A stretch of 64,000 nt of DNA from a virus: IMG/VR virus record IMGVR_UViG_3300035198_000053, positions 12,430 to 76,429 of that record; one strand, written 5' to 3'. The notes beneath the pieces were generated by a model that worked only from the letters and a program-made list of their open reading frames with translations, was not told the DNA's origin and did no database searches. Below, piece by piece: positions 1-8,846 of this stretch (within the stretch, counting starts at the first letter, position 1; every line of letters begins with the position of its first letter). The translations under genes were made by a program, and so were the position numbers.

Positions 1-1070
1 CCCAAATCATTTATCTGCTTGAGGAGGCCGTTAAATCCCGCATGCAGATGGATGTTCCTTTCGGAGCCTATTTGAGCGGAGGAGTCGATTCGAGCGCCGT
101 CGTGGCTCTCATGAGCCGTCATTCGACGAAGCCAATCAGGACCTTCTGCCTGGGCTATGAGGATGAGCTGAAGAACAAGGAGGCGGACATCTACCACGCT
201 CGGAGGGTCGCCAAAGTCTTCGGGACCGACCATCACGAGTACATCATGTCGGCGAAGGAACTAATTGAGGACATCGACAATGTGGTTCGCTCTTTCGACC
301 AGCCGTTCTCCGGGACTATCTCAACTTATTTCCTAACGAAGTTGATTTCGAAGCACGTCAAGGTAGCGCTCTCCGGGGACGGGGCGGACGAGCTGTTCGG
401 GAGCTACCTATCGCACAGACTCGCTCAGGAAATGCATGATCGCGGCCAAAATGAATCAGCATGGAGGTATGACCTAACGGTTTTCAAGGGCAGTGAGAAA
501 CAAGATTTGTTGAGCGAAGAGTTTGTAGAGAATCGAAGGCAAGAGCGGAACACGCAGACTTCCTTCACCCTATTGGAAAATTGCTTTTCGAGTCTTTCGG
601 GACAAGACCCTCTTAACCGCATTTTAGAAATGGAGTGGAACACCCAGCTCCCCGACCAGGTGCTCGCGTTTGTGGACTTCCTTTCGATGACGCACTCAGT
701 CGAGATCCGATCCCCGTTCCTTGACTATCGGCTCGTGGAGTTCGTGGCCTCGCTTCCGGGGTTGATGAAGATCAAGAACGGAAGGACCAAGCACATCCTG
801 AAGGAGGCGGTCAAGGGTCTGCTCCCGGAGGGGATCGTGGACAGGCTGAAGGAGGGGTTCGTCCTGCCCATCTATGATTGGCTGCAAAATCAACTTGAGG
901 GCTACGTGGCAGATAGTCTCGCAGGATGGAGATTGAAGAAGCACGGATTGTTTAACGTGGACATCGTAAAGGAAATTTTGAATCGGTATTACAGCGGCGA
1001 TAGGCAGTTGGCCGCGAAGATCTGGAACCTCGTGATGTTCCAGAAGTGGTGGGAGGTGTATTTTGGATAG
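1..1070 (+). CDS. AsnB-like glutamine amidotransferase (sugar amidation type), 5' part outside window
   Basis: DVPFGAYLSGGVDSS, LSGDGADELFGSY, SVEIRSPFLD and K.GF motifs of the asparagine synthetase C-terminal domain. Confidence 0.9.
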   Translation, partial: QIIYLLEEAVKSRMQMDVPFGAYLSGGVDSSAVVALMSRHSTKPIRTFCLGYEDELKNKEADIYHARRVAKVFGTDHHEYIMSAKELIEDIDNVVRSFDQPFSGTISTYFLTKLISKHVKVALSGDGADELFGSYLSHRLAQEMHDRGQNESAWRYDLTVFKGSEKQDLLSEEFVENRRQERNTQTSFTLLENCFSSLSGQDPLNRILEMEWNTQLPDQVLAFVDFLSMTHSVEIRSPFLDYRLVEFVASLPGLMKIKNGRTKHILKEAVKGLLPEGIVDRLKEGFVLPIYDWLQNQLEGYVADSLAGWRLKKHGLFNVDIVKEILNRYYSGDRQLAAKIWNLVMFQKWWEVYFG

Positions 1071-1081
1071 GGAAAGAGTAA

Positions 1082-2155
1082 TTGACCTGCGGTGGGAGCC
1101 GGAATTTGTTTATCAATACGTGGCGTTGCGAAATGAATATATTCATTCTCAAAGACTTTTTGAAAGGAACGAATTTGAAAAATACAGCATCAGATACTTC
1201 AAAAGGATCGGTTGAGCACAAGCAGAAAGAGTACGGCATCCGCCCCGAGGCGAAAGACTTCCCCATGATGTGCGTTCTATCCATGACCTACGTTTGCAAC
1301 GCGCAATGTCCGAACTGCCCCTATACGAATTCGGAGATCCGGGAGGGCTTCAAGGACCAGCCCATGATGAGCGAGGGAACGTTCAAGATCATCGCCGACC
1401 AGTGCGGGGAGCACGGGGCCTGGATTCGGATCTCCGGGGGCGGGGAGCCGATGCTCCATCCCAAGGCCGTGGAGCTGATCGAGTACGCGAAGTTCAGGGG
1501 CGCGAAGGTGGGACTCATCACGAACGGGTCAAAATTCAATGCCGTCAATGCGCTGAGGCTGCTTAACGCGCAGACCGATATGATCGAATTCAGCGTGGAC
1601 GCGGCGGACAGCGAGACATACGCGAAGGTCAGGAATGGACTCGACTGGAAACTCCTCCTGTCCAATGCGATGCAGATGGTGAGCCTCAGGAATAGCCTTC
1701 ATAGCTCGACTCGAATCATCGCCAGCGGGGTGAATCAGGTCGGGGTGGATATTAAAGCCGTCGGCAAATTCTGGCGCCACATCGTAGACGAGTTCCAAGA
1801 GAGGAAGTTTTTGACCTGGGGGATCAATGATGAATCGAAGTCGGCGGACCCCACGCCATACCTTCCTCCGGAGGAGCGTATTCCCTGTCCCTTCATCTTT
1901 GAGCGGCTGAACATCGACACGCGGGGCCGGGTCATGGTGTGCGGATTCGACATCGCGGGGAAGACGGACCTGGGGAACATCCACAAGAAGTCGATAGCAG
2001 ACATCTGGCTCGGAAAGTCGTTTCAGTTCTACCGGGAGAGGCACTTAGCGGGGCGCGGGCATGAAATTCCCTTGTGCGGAAGCTGCCCCGATTGGCAGTA
2101 TCGATCGTGGCAGCACAATTACTGGAAGCTGGTGAAAAATGCCAGAAAAGAATGA
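1082..2155 (+). CDS. Radical SAM / SPASM-type enzyme (start uncertain)
   Basis: CNAQCPNC (CX3CX2C), GGGEPMLHP, ITNGS, C-terminal CPF..C..D..LGN..C..C. Confidence 0.9.
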   Translation: MTCGGSRNLFINTWRCEMNIFILKDFLKGTNLKNTASDTSKGSVEHKQKEYGIRPEAKDFPMMCVLSMTYVCNAQCPNCPYTNSEIREGFKDQPMMSEGTFKIIADQCGEHGAWIRISGGGEPMLHPKAVELIEYAKFRGAKVGLITNGSKFNAVNALRLLNAQTDMIEFSVDAADSETYAKVRNGLDWKLLLSNAMQMVSLRNSLHSSTRIIASGVNQVGVDIKAVGKFWRHIVDEFQERKFLTWGINDESKSADPTPYLPPEERIPCPFIFERLNIDTRGRVMVCGFDIAGKTDLGNIHKKSIADIWLGKSFQFYRERHLAGRGHEIPLCGSCPDWQYRSWQHNYWKLVKNARKE

Positions 2156-2342
2156 AACTCCCATTATTTACGACAAGATCTGGTATTGGAAAAAGAGATT
2201 TCCTGGCCGCAAGGGGCAGTCTTGCCGGATAGTTTCAAGAAGCAAGGTTAGCGTTTTAGTTGAGTTTGAAGATGGGTTTAGAGCGGTAACAAGTTGGTAT
2301 GGAGTAAGAAAAAATAAGGGGGTGGTGGACCATGCTGGGTAA
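2139..2342 (+). CDS. Small hypothetical protein (AT-rich insert)
   Basis: 67-aa ORF overlapping both neighbours; lower GC. Confidence 0.6.
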   Translation: MPEKNETPIIYDKIWYWKKRFPGRKGQSCRIVSRSKVSVLVEFEDGFRAVTSWYGVRKNKGVVDHAG

Positions 2343-3044
2343 GAGAACTATTGCAATTTTGCAACCAGGTTATCTTCCCTGGCTGTGACGCTCGGGTTTT
2401 TTGAGCAGATGTGGCGCAGCGATGTCTTCGTTCTCCTCGACGACGTGCAGTACGACAAGGAGGGTTGGCGCAACCGGAACAGGATCAAGACGGCGAAGGG
2501 GCCGCAATGGCTAACGGTGCCGGTGCTGACGAAGGGCAGGGAGGGGCAGAAGATCTACGAGGTCGAGATCAACAACGGGGTAGATTGGAGGAAAAAGCAT
2601 CTGGAGGCGATAAGACAGAACTATTCTAAAGCCCCATTTTTTAAAAAGTACATCTCTCTGTTTGAGCAAGCTTATGCTCTCAAATGGGAAAGCCTGAACG
2701 ATCTGAACCGATGGTTTATATCTTCTTTGGCTTCGCTCCTGGGGATCTGGAAGGTAGAAAGCATCGGATCTTTGACCCTTGGAATAAAGGGTGACAGGAT
2801 CGAGAGGCTTATTAATTTGTGCCATTATTTCACCGCAGACGTTTTCTATGAGGGCGCAGCCGGAATAAACTACATTAACGAAAAAGTTTTCTCCGAGCGC
2901 GGCATCAAGGTCGAGTTCCAGGACTACCAGCACCCGGTATATCCGCAACTGTACGGAGAATTCGTTTCTCATCTATCCGTGATCGATCTACTTTTCAATT
3001 GCGGGCCGGAGAGCCTGAAGATATTGACGGGAGGGCAAAAGTGA
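2332..3044 (+). pseudogene. wbqC: WbqC-family protein, split after codon 18
   Basis: 2332-2388 encodes MLGKRTIAILQPGYLPWL*; 2385-3044 continues LGFFEQM..DDVQY..WRNRNRIKT..LSVIDLLFNCGPES. Confidence 0.8.
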
Positions 3045-3163
3045 AATTAAGGAATGATTATGGGAATTTTGTAAGAGTTCATCAACCATGGTCATTAGAT
3101 AATTTCGACGATATTGTAGCCCTAAATGTTATTACCAAAAGAGAGTATTTAAAGGGGGACCCG

Positions 3164-4213
3164 ATGCCTAAGAAAAGCATTTTAATTACCGGCGGATGTG
3201 GCTTTGTGGGGAGCAATTTCGTTCGTTACCTCTACCAGAAATATCCTGACTACAAGATCATCATCCTCGATGCCCTGACCTACGCGGGGGCGATCGAGAA
3301 TCTGCCCGTCGATCTCAATCGGGTGGATCAGTGCAAACGCGAAGACCGGATCTGCTTCTGGTACGGGAACGTGCGGAACGCCGAGCTTGTGGACACGCTT
3401 GTCTCGCAGGCGGACATTGTCGTGCACCTTGCGGCAGAAACTCATATAACCCGCTCCATCTATGACAACCTGATCTTCTTCGAGACCGACGTTCTGGGGA
3501 CGCAGATCGTGGCCAATGCGGTTCTGAAGCACCGGGAAACGGTGGAGCAGTTCATTCACATTTCGACCTCGGAAGTCTACGGCACCGCGCTTGAAAAGCG
3601 GATGGACGAGAAACACCCCCTCATGCCGATGAGCCCCTATGCGGCCGCCAAGTGCGGGGCGGATAGGCTGGTCTATTCATACTGGACAACCTACGAGCTG
3701 CCGATCACAATCATTCGGCCATTCAATATGTACGGTCCCAGCCAGCATCTTGAGAAAGCAATCCCCCGATTCATCACGAGTTGCATTCTCGGGGAGCCGC
3801 TGAGGATCCACGGCCGCGGAAGTGCGTCAAGAGACTACGTTCATGTGCATGACACCTGCGCGGCTATAGATATTGTGATGCACGCGGACAGGGAGGCGGT
3901 TGCGGGAGAGGTCTTCAACGTGGCCTTCGGTTTGGACCGGTCCATCCTTTCGATCGCGCAGGACGTCATCAGACTCATGGGTTCGGATTCTGCGATAACG
4001 TTCGTGGGTGATAGGCCCGGGCAGGTGTTCCGCCACACCGGGGACCGCAAGAAGATATGGGAAGTTCTGGGTTGGTGTCCGATGATAGACTGGGAGGATG
4101 GCCTCAGGGAGACGATCCTTTGGTATCGGGAGAACCGGAAATGGTGGGAGAAGCAGCTATGGAGCAGGGCAATACCGATCATCACGAAGACGGGGGAAAG
4201 GGAGCTGCACTGA
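3164..4213 (+). CDS. NDP-sugar 4,6-dehydratase (RmlB-like extended SDR)
   Basis: ILITGGCGFVGSNF, LDALTYAG, HLAAETH, STSEVYG, YAAAK; RBS AAGGGGG before ATG 3164. Confidence 0.9.
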   Translation: MPKKSILITGGCGFVGSNFVRYLYQKYPDYKIIILDALTYAGAIENLPVDLNRVDQCKREDRICFWYGNVRNAELVDTLVSQADIVVHLAAETHITRSIYDNLIFFETDVLGTQIVANAVLKHRETVEQFIHISTSEVYGTALEKRMDEKHPLMPMSPYAAAKCGADRLVYSYWTTYELPITIIRPFNMYGPSQHLEKAIPRFITSCILGEPLRIHGRGSASRDYVHVHDTCAAIDIVMHADREAVAGEVFNVAFGLDRSILSIAQDVIRLMGSDSAITFVGDRPGQVFRHTGDRKKIWEVLGWCPMIDWEDGLRETILWYRENRKWWEKQLWSRAIPIITKTGERELH

Positions 4214-4959
4214 AAAAGTTTGACCGCAGCGTCTCCCTGCTCTGCTGGGCATACAACGAGCAGGATTCGATTATGGAGTTTTTGGCCAGGGCCTCAAGGC
4301 TGTTGGACGAGTCGGTGAGGGATTACGAGATCATCCTGATCGACGACGGGAGTTGTGACAAGACGGCGCGGTATGCCTATTATTTTAACCGAGATCATCC
4401 GCACTCGAGGCTGAAATATTTCCGCAACGGGCGCAATCTGAACGTGGGTTTGTCCTGCCGAAAGGCGATCCAGAAGGCCTCGAAGGAGTTCCTGTTCTGG
4501 CAGACGGTCGACTGGGCGTATGACATCTCTAACCTCCGGGAGTACCTTGAGCTTTTGAAGACTTACGACATCGTCCAGGGGATGAGGCCAGGCGGGTTCC
4601 ACGTGGCACATATCCTGAAGCGCTCTGATTCTATTGGAAAAGCCGTAATCTCCCTCGTGAATTACTGGCTCATCCGCTTGTTTTACCGGGTGTCCCTCCA
4701 CGACTTCCAGAACGTGACCTTCTACCCGACGAAGTGGGCTCAGTCGATCGACTATGAGGCGACCACGTCCTTCGTCAATCCGGAGGGGCTGATAAAGTCC
4801 CACTGGGCCGGGAAGACGATCAAGGAGGTGCCGATAGGGTTCATGCCGAGGAGGCGGGGGAAGGCAAAGGGGACGAGACTGGGATTTGTGGTGAGGTCCA
4901 TGAGGGAAGTGTTCAAGTTCTGGGTGAAGTGGGTCGTCTTGAAGAGGAGGAAGCGATGA
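4210..4959 (+). CDS. GT2 glycosyltransferase, polyprenol-phosphate (DPM/GtrB-like) type; start approximate
   Basis: AYNEQ, IIIDDGS-like LIDDGSCD, N.N.G, IKEVPIGFMPRRRGKAK. Confidence 0.8.
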   Translation: MKKFDRSVSLLCWAYNEQDSIMEFLARASRLLDESVRDYEIILIDDGSCDKTARYAYYFNRDHPHSRLKYFRNGRNLNVGLSCRKAIQKASKEFLFWQTVDWAYDISNLREYLELLKTYDIVQGMRPGGFHVAHILKRSDSIGKAVISLVNYWLIRLFYRVSLHDFQNVTFYPTKWAQSIDYEATTSFVNPEGLIKSHWAGKTIKEVPIGFMPRRRGKAKGTRLGFVVRSMREVFKFWVKWVVLKRRKR

Positions 4960-5171
4960 AGGTAGTAGATTTTTGGGAAGTGAGGGAATTCTGGGGCAGC
5001 GAGTACAAACTCTCCGACGGGAACAGGCTGTTTCTGAAGGTGATACTCACCAAGGTGGTCGACACCGGAAACAAGAAGCCCACAGGGGAGTCGCTTTACA
5101 ACGTGGAGTTTCAGGTCGTGGTAAGGGTGGAGGAGCCGGAATCGGTGACAAAGAATGCCGGGCACGCCTGA
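4956..5171 (+). CDS. Small hypothetical protein
   Basis: RBS GAGGAGG, ATGA-coupled to the GT2 stop. Confidence 0.55.
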   Translation: MKVVDFWEVREFWGSEYKLSDGNRLFLKVILTKVVDTGNKKPTGESLYNVEFQVVVRVEEPESVTKNAGHA

Positions 5172-5353
5172 TGCGATTCGACAGGATCGAGCGGATGATT
5201 CTGGGCTGGACCGAGAACCCGAAACTCTGGCAGAAGGGGGTTATGATGCTGATCATGTTCGTGGGCTTCGTGATCCAGCCGATCTTCTTCCCGTTCATCC
5301 CGTTCCCGCATGCTTCGTTGATGGCGGCGTGGCAAAGCTTATGGAATAAGTAG
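5170..5353 (+). CDS. Small membrane protein
   Basis: MRFDRIER.. followed by a hydrophobic stretch; coupled to the upstream stop. Confidence 0.45.
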
Positions 5354-5366
5354 AGATGGTGAAAAT

Positions 5367-6992
5367 ATGACCTATCTTGAAGCCGAGGCCCCCTTTCGAT
5401 TCATTCTCGGGGCGATCTTCATTTTCCTTCTCCCAGGTCTGATCTGGAATCAGGTGTTCAGAATCAGGGCGAACCATATTTTGGAGACGATCGCGCTGTC
5501 TCTGGCGACCAGCCTAGCGGTTGAAATCTCGCTGATCCCGATTCCTTTCCTCTTCCATGAGGGCGTTTGGCTGTGGCTGGCCCTGATTTCGGCTTTCTGC
5601 ATCGCTGGACTCGCGCTCCTGACCCTTAAAAGGCAAAGGCTGGCTCTTCCCTCATGGGATCTCAACTCGATTCTATTTCTTATCGTCCTGGCCGGCCTCT
5701 CCCTCTTGACCTACCGCTGGGGGGAGAGCATCGAAAGCATAGACGGCGAGAAGATCCTGCACATGACCTACATCCGGTACTACTTCTCGATGCCGATGGA
5801 GCTGTCTAGGCTTGCGGTGATCCCCGGGCAGCCCCCGGCTAATCTAATCCACCTATGGGAGTTCCTGATCGCGGGGTGGGCCACGGTCTGCAGAGTGGAT
5901 CCTCTATTCCTATTCAGCCGTTGCCGGTTTGTGGTCCCTTTCCTGGGGCTCTCTTCCATGTTTTTCATGGTGAAGATGATCTTCAAAGACAGGGAGAGAT
6001 CGGAGGTGGTATTCTGGTCGATCCTGGCGATGTGCCTGGGCTGGTTCGTGCTCCTACCCCCCTCGAACCTGGGCTGGATAACGCAGAACGACCCGCTGAG
6101 AGGCATCTTCTCCTTCATGGGCACGACCCACCATTCGGATTCTGGAATGGAGATCCTGATCTCTCTCGACGTAGGGTTGGTCCTGCTCTGCCTGAGGGAG
6201 CCGAGATGGAGGCACCTGGCCATTCTGGCCGGCACCCTCGTGGCAACCTTCATGTGGCACGCGAGGGAGTTCTTCCAGGTCGGGATATACTTGGGTGTCT
6301 TCTGCCTGGCACTTTTGTTGCATAAATCCGGAAAGATGCGCAACGGGCTAGTTATGGTCGCGTGCATCTTCTGTCTTGTCTCGGCGTTCTTTTACATTGC
6401 CTCTCCGGTGCGCAACCATTCGGATGAAATGGGGTTTAAGGTCGCGGCCTTAGCCTACGCGGTGCGGGGAATGTTCGATGTTCAGGAGCCGTTCCATTTC
6501 GCGAACGACGTAAGGCTGACCTACGGACTGAGCCGGGAGGAGACGGTGCCCTATGAGCAGCTTGTCCAGACCCGCCGTAACTCCTGGAACTTCTACCCCT
6601 GGCTTATCCTTTCCGTCCTGCTCGTCCCGGTCCTGTCGATCTTCGGGGACAGGGAGGACCGTATGCTCTGCACCTTCTACGTTCTGCTCTGGTTCATGTC
6701 CCTGATGTGGTTCTTCGGGCAGATGATGATGATCGTCCTAACGTACAGTGAGATCCTGTTCACCGCGCCGAGGATGCTCTATCTGTTCTCCTATGTGATC
6801 ATCGGGTCGGGGATCTGGTGCATGGCGAAGATGAAATACGGCCCCCTGCTCGTCATCGGGGCAGGTCTGATGTTCGGGGGGTGGTGGGCGCTCGGGGTGC
6901 CGGGGGCAAGGCAGTTCTCGCTGATAGCGCCGATATTGATGGCGGTGCCGTTTGCAAGGAGGATCAGATGGAAGATTATTGGGAACAACTAA
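5367..6992 (+). CDS. Polytopic membrane protein, probable GT-C fold glycosyltransferase (N-terminal part)
   Basis: About 13 hydrophobic segments; first large loop with D-G-E..H; lies beside a DPM-like GT2. Confidence 0.6.
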   Translation: MTYLEAEAPFRFILGAIFIFLLPGLIWNQVFRIRANHILETIALSLATSLAVEISLIPIPFLFHEGVWLWLALISAFCIAGLALLTLKRQRLALPSWDLNSILFLIVLAGLSLLTYRWGESIESIDGEKILHMTYIRYYFSMPMELSRLAVIPGQPPANLIHLWEFLIAGWATVCRVDPLFLFSRCRFVVPFLGLSSMFFMVKMIFKDRERSEVVFWSILAMCLGWFVLLPPSNLGWITQNDPLRGIFSFMGTTHHSDSGMEILISLDVGLVLLCLREPRWRHLAILAGTLVATFMWHAREFFQVGIYLGVFCLALLLHKSGKMRNGLVMVACIFCLVSAFFYIASPVRNHSDEMGFKVAALAYAVRGMFDVQEPFHFANDVRLTYGLSREETVPYEQLVQTRRNSWNFYPWLILSVLLVPVLSIFGDREDRMLCTFYVLLWFMSLMWFFGQMMMIVLTYSEILFTAPRMLYLFSYVIIGSGIWCMAKMKYGPLLVIGAGLMFGGWWALGVPGARQFSLIAPILMAVPFARRIRWKIIGNN

Positions 6993-7156
6993 TAACGGTC
7001 TGTGACAAATGTCTTACAGCTTCCTGTTGGCAAGGGCTTTTTATGTGCCGAGAATCTGAAAATGCAGGGACTATACAAAAGACAAGACTGGACTTAAAAG
7101 CACTTCATCGAGAGCATCGGTCGTACTGGAAGACAGATAGTCAATTACAAAAGTGA
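6968..7156 (+). CDS. Small Cys-rich hypothetical protein (AT-rich insert)
   Basis: MEDYWEQLITVCDKCLTASCWQGLFMC..; overlaps the end of the membrane gene. Confidence 0.55.
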   Translation: MEDYWEQLITVCDKCLTASCWQGLFMCRESENAGTIQKTRLDLKALHREHRSYWKTDSQLQK

Positions 7157-7165
7157 AAGGTATTT

Positions 7166-7567
7166 ATGAAATCTCTTAAGCTCGCAATCTTGGTCCTTAT
7201 CTTCTTCCTCCCCTCCATCGGCAAAGAATACCTCTCCATGGCCAAGCGGATGCTGACATCCCGCCCCCCCGTGGAGTGGGTGAAGAGGAGCCCGTTCGGG
7301 ATCTCGGAGAAGTCGCTCAGGTTCTTCATGGCGTTGCCTCTTGGGCAGAAGATCTTGGTCGACCCGTTCGGAAAAGACTGCGTCTCAGTCTACGCGCCGC
7401 AGTACATGGCCGTCATCCCTGAGATCATGGGGGGAACGCTGGTCGAAATGATGCCGAGATACAGGGAGTTCAGGCAGGGGAGGCCGTGGGTGAACGAGGT
7501 GGCAGATTATGTTTTCCTTCATAACAAGGAGAAGGGGGAAGTGATTATTAAGAGGGAAACTAAATGA
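7166..7567 (+). CDS. One-TM plus soluble domain; probable separated C-terminal part of the GT-C protein
   Basis: N-terminal TM then ..LPLGQKILVDP..VYAPQY; high GC like 5367-6960. Confidence 0.5.
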   Translation: MKSLKLAILVLIFFLPSIGKEYLSMAKRMLTSRPPVEWVKRSPFGISEKSLRFFMALPLGQKILVDPFGKDCVSVYAPQYMAVIPEIMGGTLVEMMPRYREFRQGRPWVNEVADYVFLHNKEKGEVIIKRETK

Positions 7568-7731
7568 TACCATGTTTCCGGTGTAAAGAGGACAAGGGAT
7601 TTCTGATCATGGGATTCTGCAAGGATTGCAGGCCGGATCTTCATCAAGAATTTGAATGGTGGATGTCTTTTATGGAGAAGAAAGAGAACGAATTCGAAAG
7701 TCAGACCGGTAAGAAGTCCTTGCGAGCATGA
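7564..7731 (+). CDS. Small CxxC..CxxC zinc-finger protein
   Basis: MIPCFRCKEDKGFLIMGFCKDCRPD..; ATGA-coupled; read manually, below the ORF-track cutoff. Confidence 0.5.
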   Translation: MIPCFRCKEDKGFLIMGFCKDCRPDLHQEFEWWMSFMEKKENEFESQTGKKSLRA

Positions 7732-7850
7732 TATGAATTCGAGCAGTGGCTTGAAGATAACCTTACGGATCATGAGACTAAAAGATTGATTCTTTATGGT
7801 TATAAAAGTCAACTCGGTCGTACTCTCCTGCATTTCCCGAAAGAAAAAGC

Positions 7851-7882
7851 TTGACAAACGGTTTTGACTATGCTAATAAACT
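7851..7882 (+). promoter_or_regulatory. Putative sigma70 promoter
   Basis: Perfect TTGACA at 7851; imperfect -10 (TGC-TAATAA) 17 nt downstream. Confidence 0.45.
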
Positions 7883-7889
7883 TTCTAAC

Positions 7890-8235
7890 CGCGCTTTGCG
7901 CAATTACTGTTCACTAAACTTTAGGCCCGCGCGATAGAGCTACAAAGAAACAGGTCCCATAAGATCGGAGAGAAAGACCATGAAATAGGTTCTTTTGAGA
8001 TCTTAGCCTGGAAACGCGTGAATGGCCCCGGAGATGGGCGACAGGGAAAGTGGGATAGCAAGACTAAGCTGATGTCTCCGGGTTGATTCTGATTTTTTCC
8101 AGCCAAAGAGGCATTGAACGGAAAAAATGTCGAAGGGAGGCCTGAGACGCTAACCCTGGCCTCCGCAGCAAACGATAAGGGGGCGAGAAGCCCATGAGAT
8201 AGGCCCGGTTGGGGAAACTTGATCGGGCCTTTTTA
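7890..8235 (+). ncRNA. Candidate structured non-coding RNA
   Basis: Successive perfect stems: TAAGATC/GATCTTA, CCCGGAGA/TCTCCGGG, ATTTTTTCC/GGAAAAAAT, GGAGGCC/GGCCTCC, GGGC-GAGAA-GCCC; lies between a promoter and a terminator; no credible ORF. Confidence 0.5.
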
Positions 8236-8238
8236 TTT
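8201..8238 (+). terminator. Rho-independent terminator
   Basis: AGGCCCGGTT..GATCGGGCCT followed by TTTTATTTT. Confidence 0.75.
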
Positions 8239-8332
8239 TGGGGAGCCAGCCTGCCCGCAACTGAAGTGGCTGGGGCAATACCTGACGGGCCGGGATTTAG
8301 AGCGGCGGCGGTTGCCCTCCGGCCCGTAAATT

Positions 8333-8362
8333 AAGCCTCCCAAATCGGGGGGCTTTTTGTTT
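8333..8362 (+). terminator. Rho-independent terminator
   Basis: AAGCCTCCC-AAATC-GGGGGGCTT followed by a T-run. Confidence 0.7.
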
Positions 8363-8374
8363 TCGGAGGGGGGA

Positions 8375-8650
8375 ATGGACACAAGGACGGGCGAGATTCA
8401 TACGGTGTCCCAACTGAAGGAAATCTTCAAGGGCAATACGATGACGGTCGAGGATCTTTTCGCACGGAGATTTGATTCCCTCAAGGGGGACGCGAGATTC
8501 TACCGTCCCATGGAAGCAGCGCCTACCGAAAAACAGATGTCCCGCAGGCCTCCCAAGGTTGGCAGAAATGAGCCGTGCCCATGCGGGAGAAAAGACGAAA
8601 ATGGGAAGCCGATTAAATTCAAGAAATGCTGCCTCAATTCTATAAAATAG
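8375..8650 (+). CDS. SEC-C zinc-binding motif protein
   Basis: KVGRNEPCPCG-(insert)-KFKKCC; RBS GGAGGG. Confidence 0.8.
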   Translation: MDTRTGEIHTVSQLKEIFKGNTMTVEDLFARRFDSLKGDARFYRPMEAAPTEKQMSRRPPKVGRNEPCPCGRKDENGKPIKFKKCCLNSIK

Positions 8651-8651
8651 G

Positions 8652-8846
8652 ATGAGACCGATGCTAAAAAAAGGTGAGTCGCTTCTGATCGAGCAGGTAT
8701 CGAACGGGTTCATAGTGAATCCTCAGACGATAACAGGCCTCACGAAAATCGAGGAGGACGTACACGTCTTCCCGGACATACAGGGCCTGAGTGATTTCCT
8801 GGCAAAGCATTTTGAGCGAGATGCGAAATTGAGGATGGTGAAATGA
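8652..8846 (+). CDS. Small hypothetical protein
   Basis: 64-aa ORF coupled to the portal start. Confidence 0.6.
   Translation: MRPMLKKGESLLIEQVSNGFIVNPQTITGLTKIEEDVHVFPDIQGLSDFLAKHFERDAKLRMVK

Noticed and set aside
1-1070. Housekeeping asparagine synthetase or lasso-peptide cyclase (RiPP with the radical SAM enzyme)
   Set aside because: Neighbours are sugar-pathway genes; no precursor peptide, RRE or peptidase seen
8240-8300. HDV-like (theta) ribozyme
   Set aside because: P1- and P2-like pairings are possible, but the P3/L3 UCC needed for P1.1 is absent
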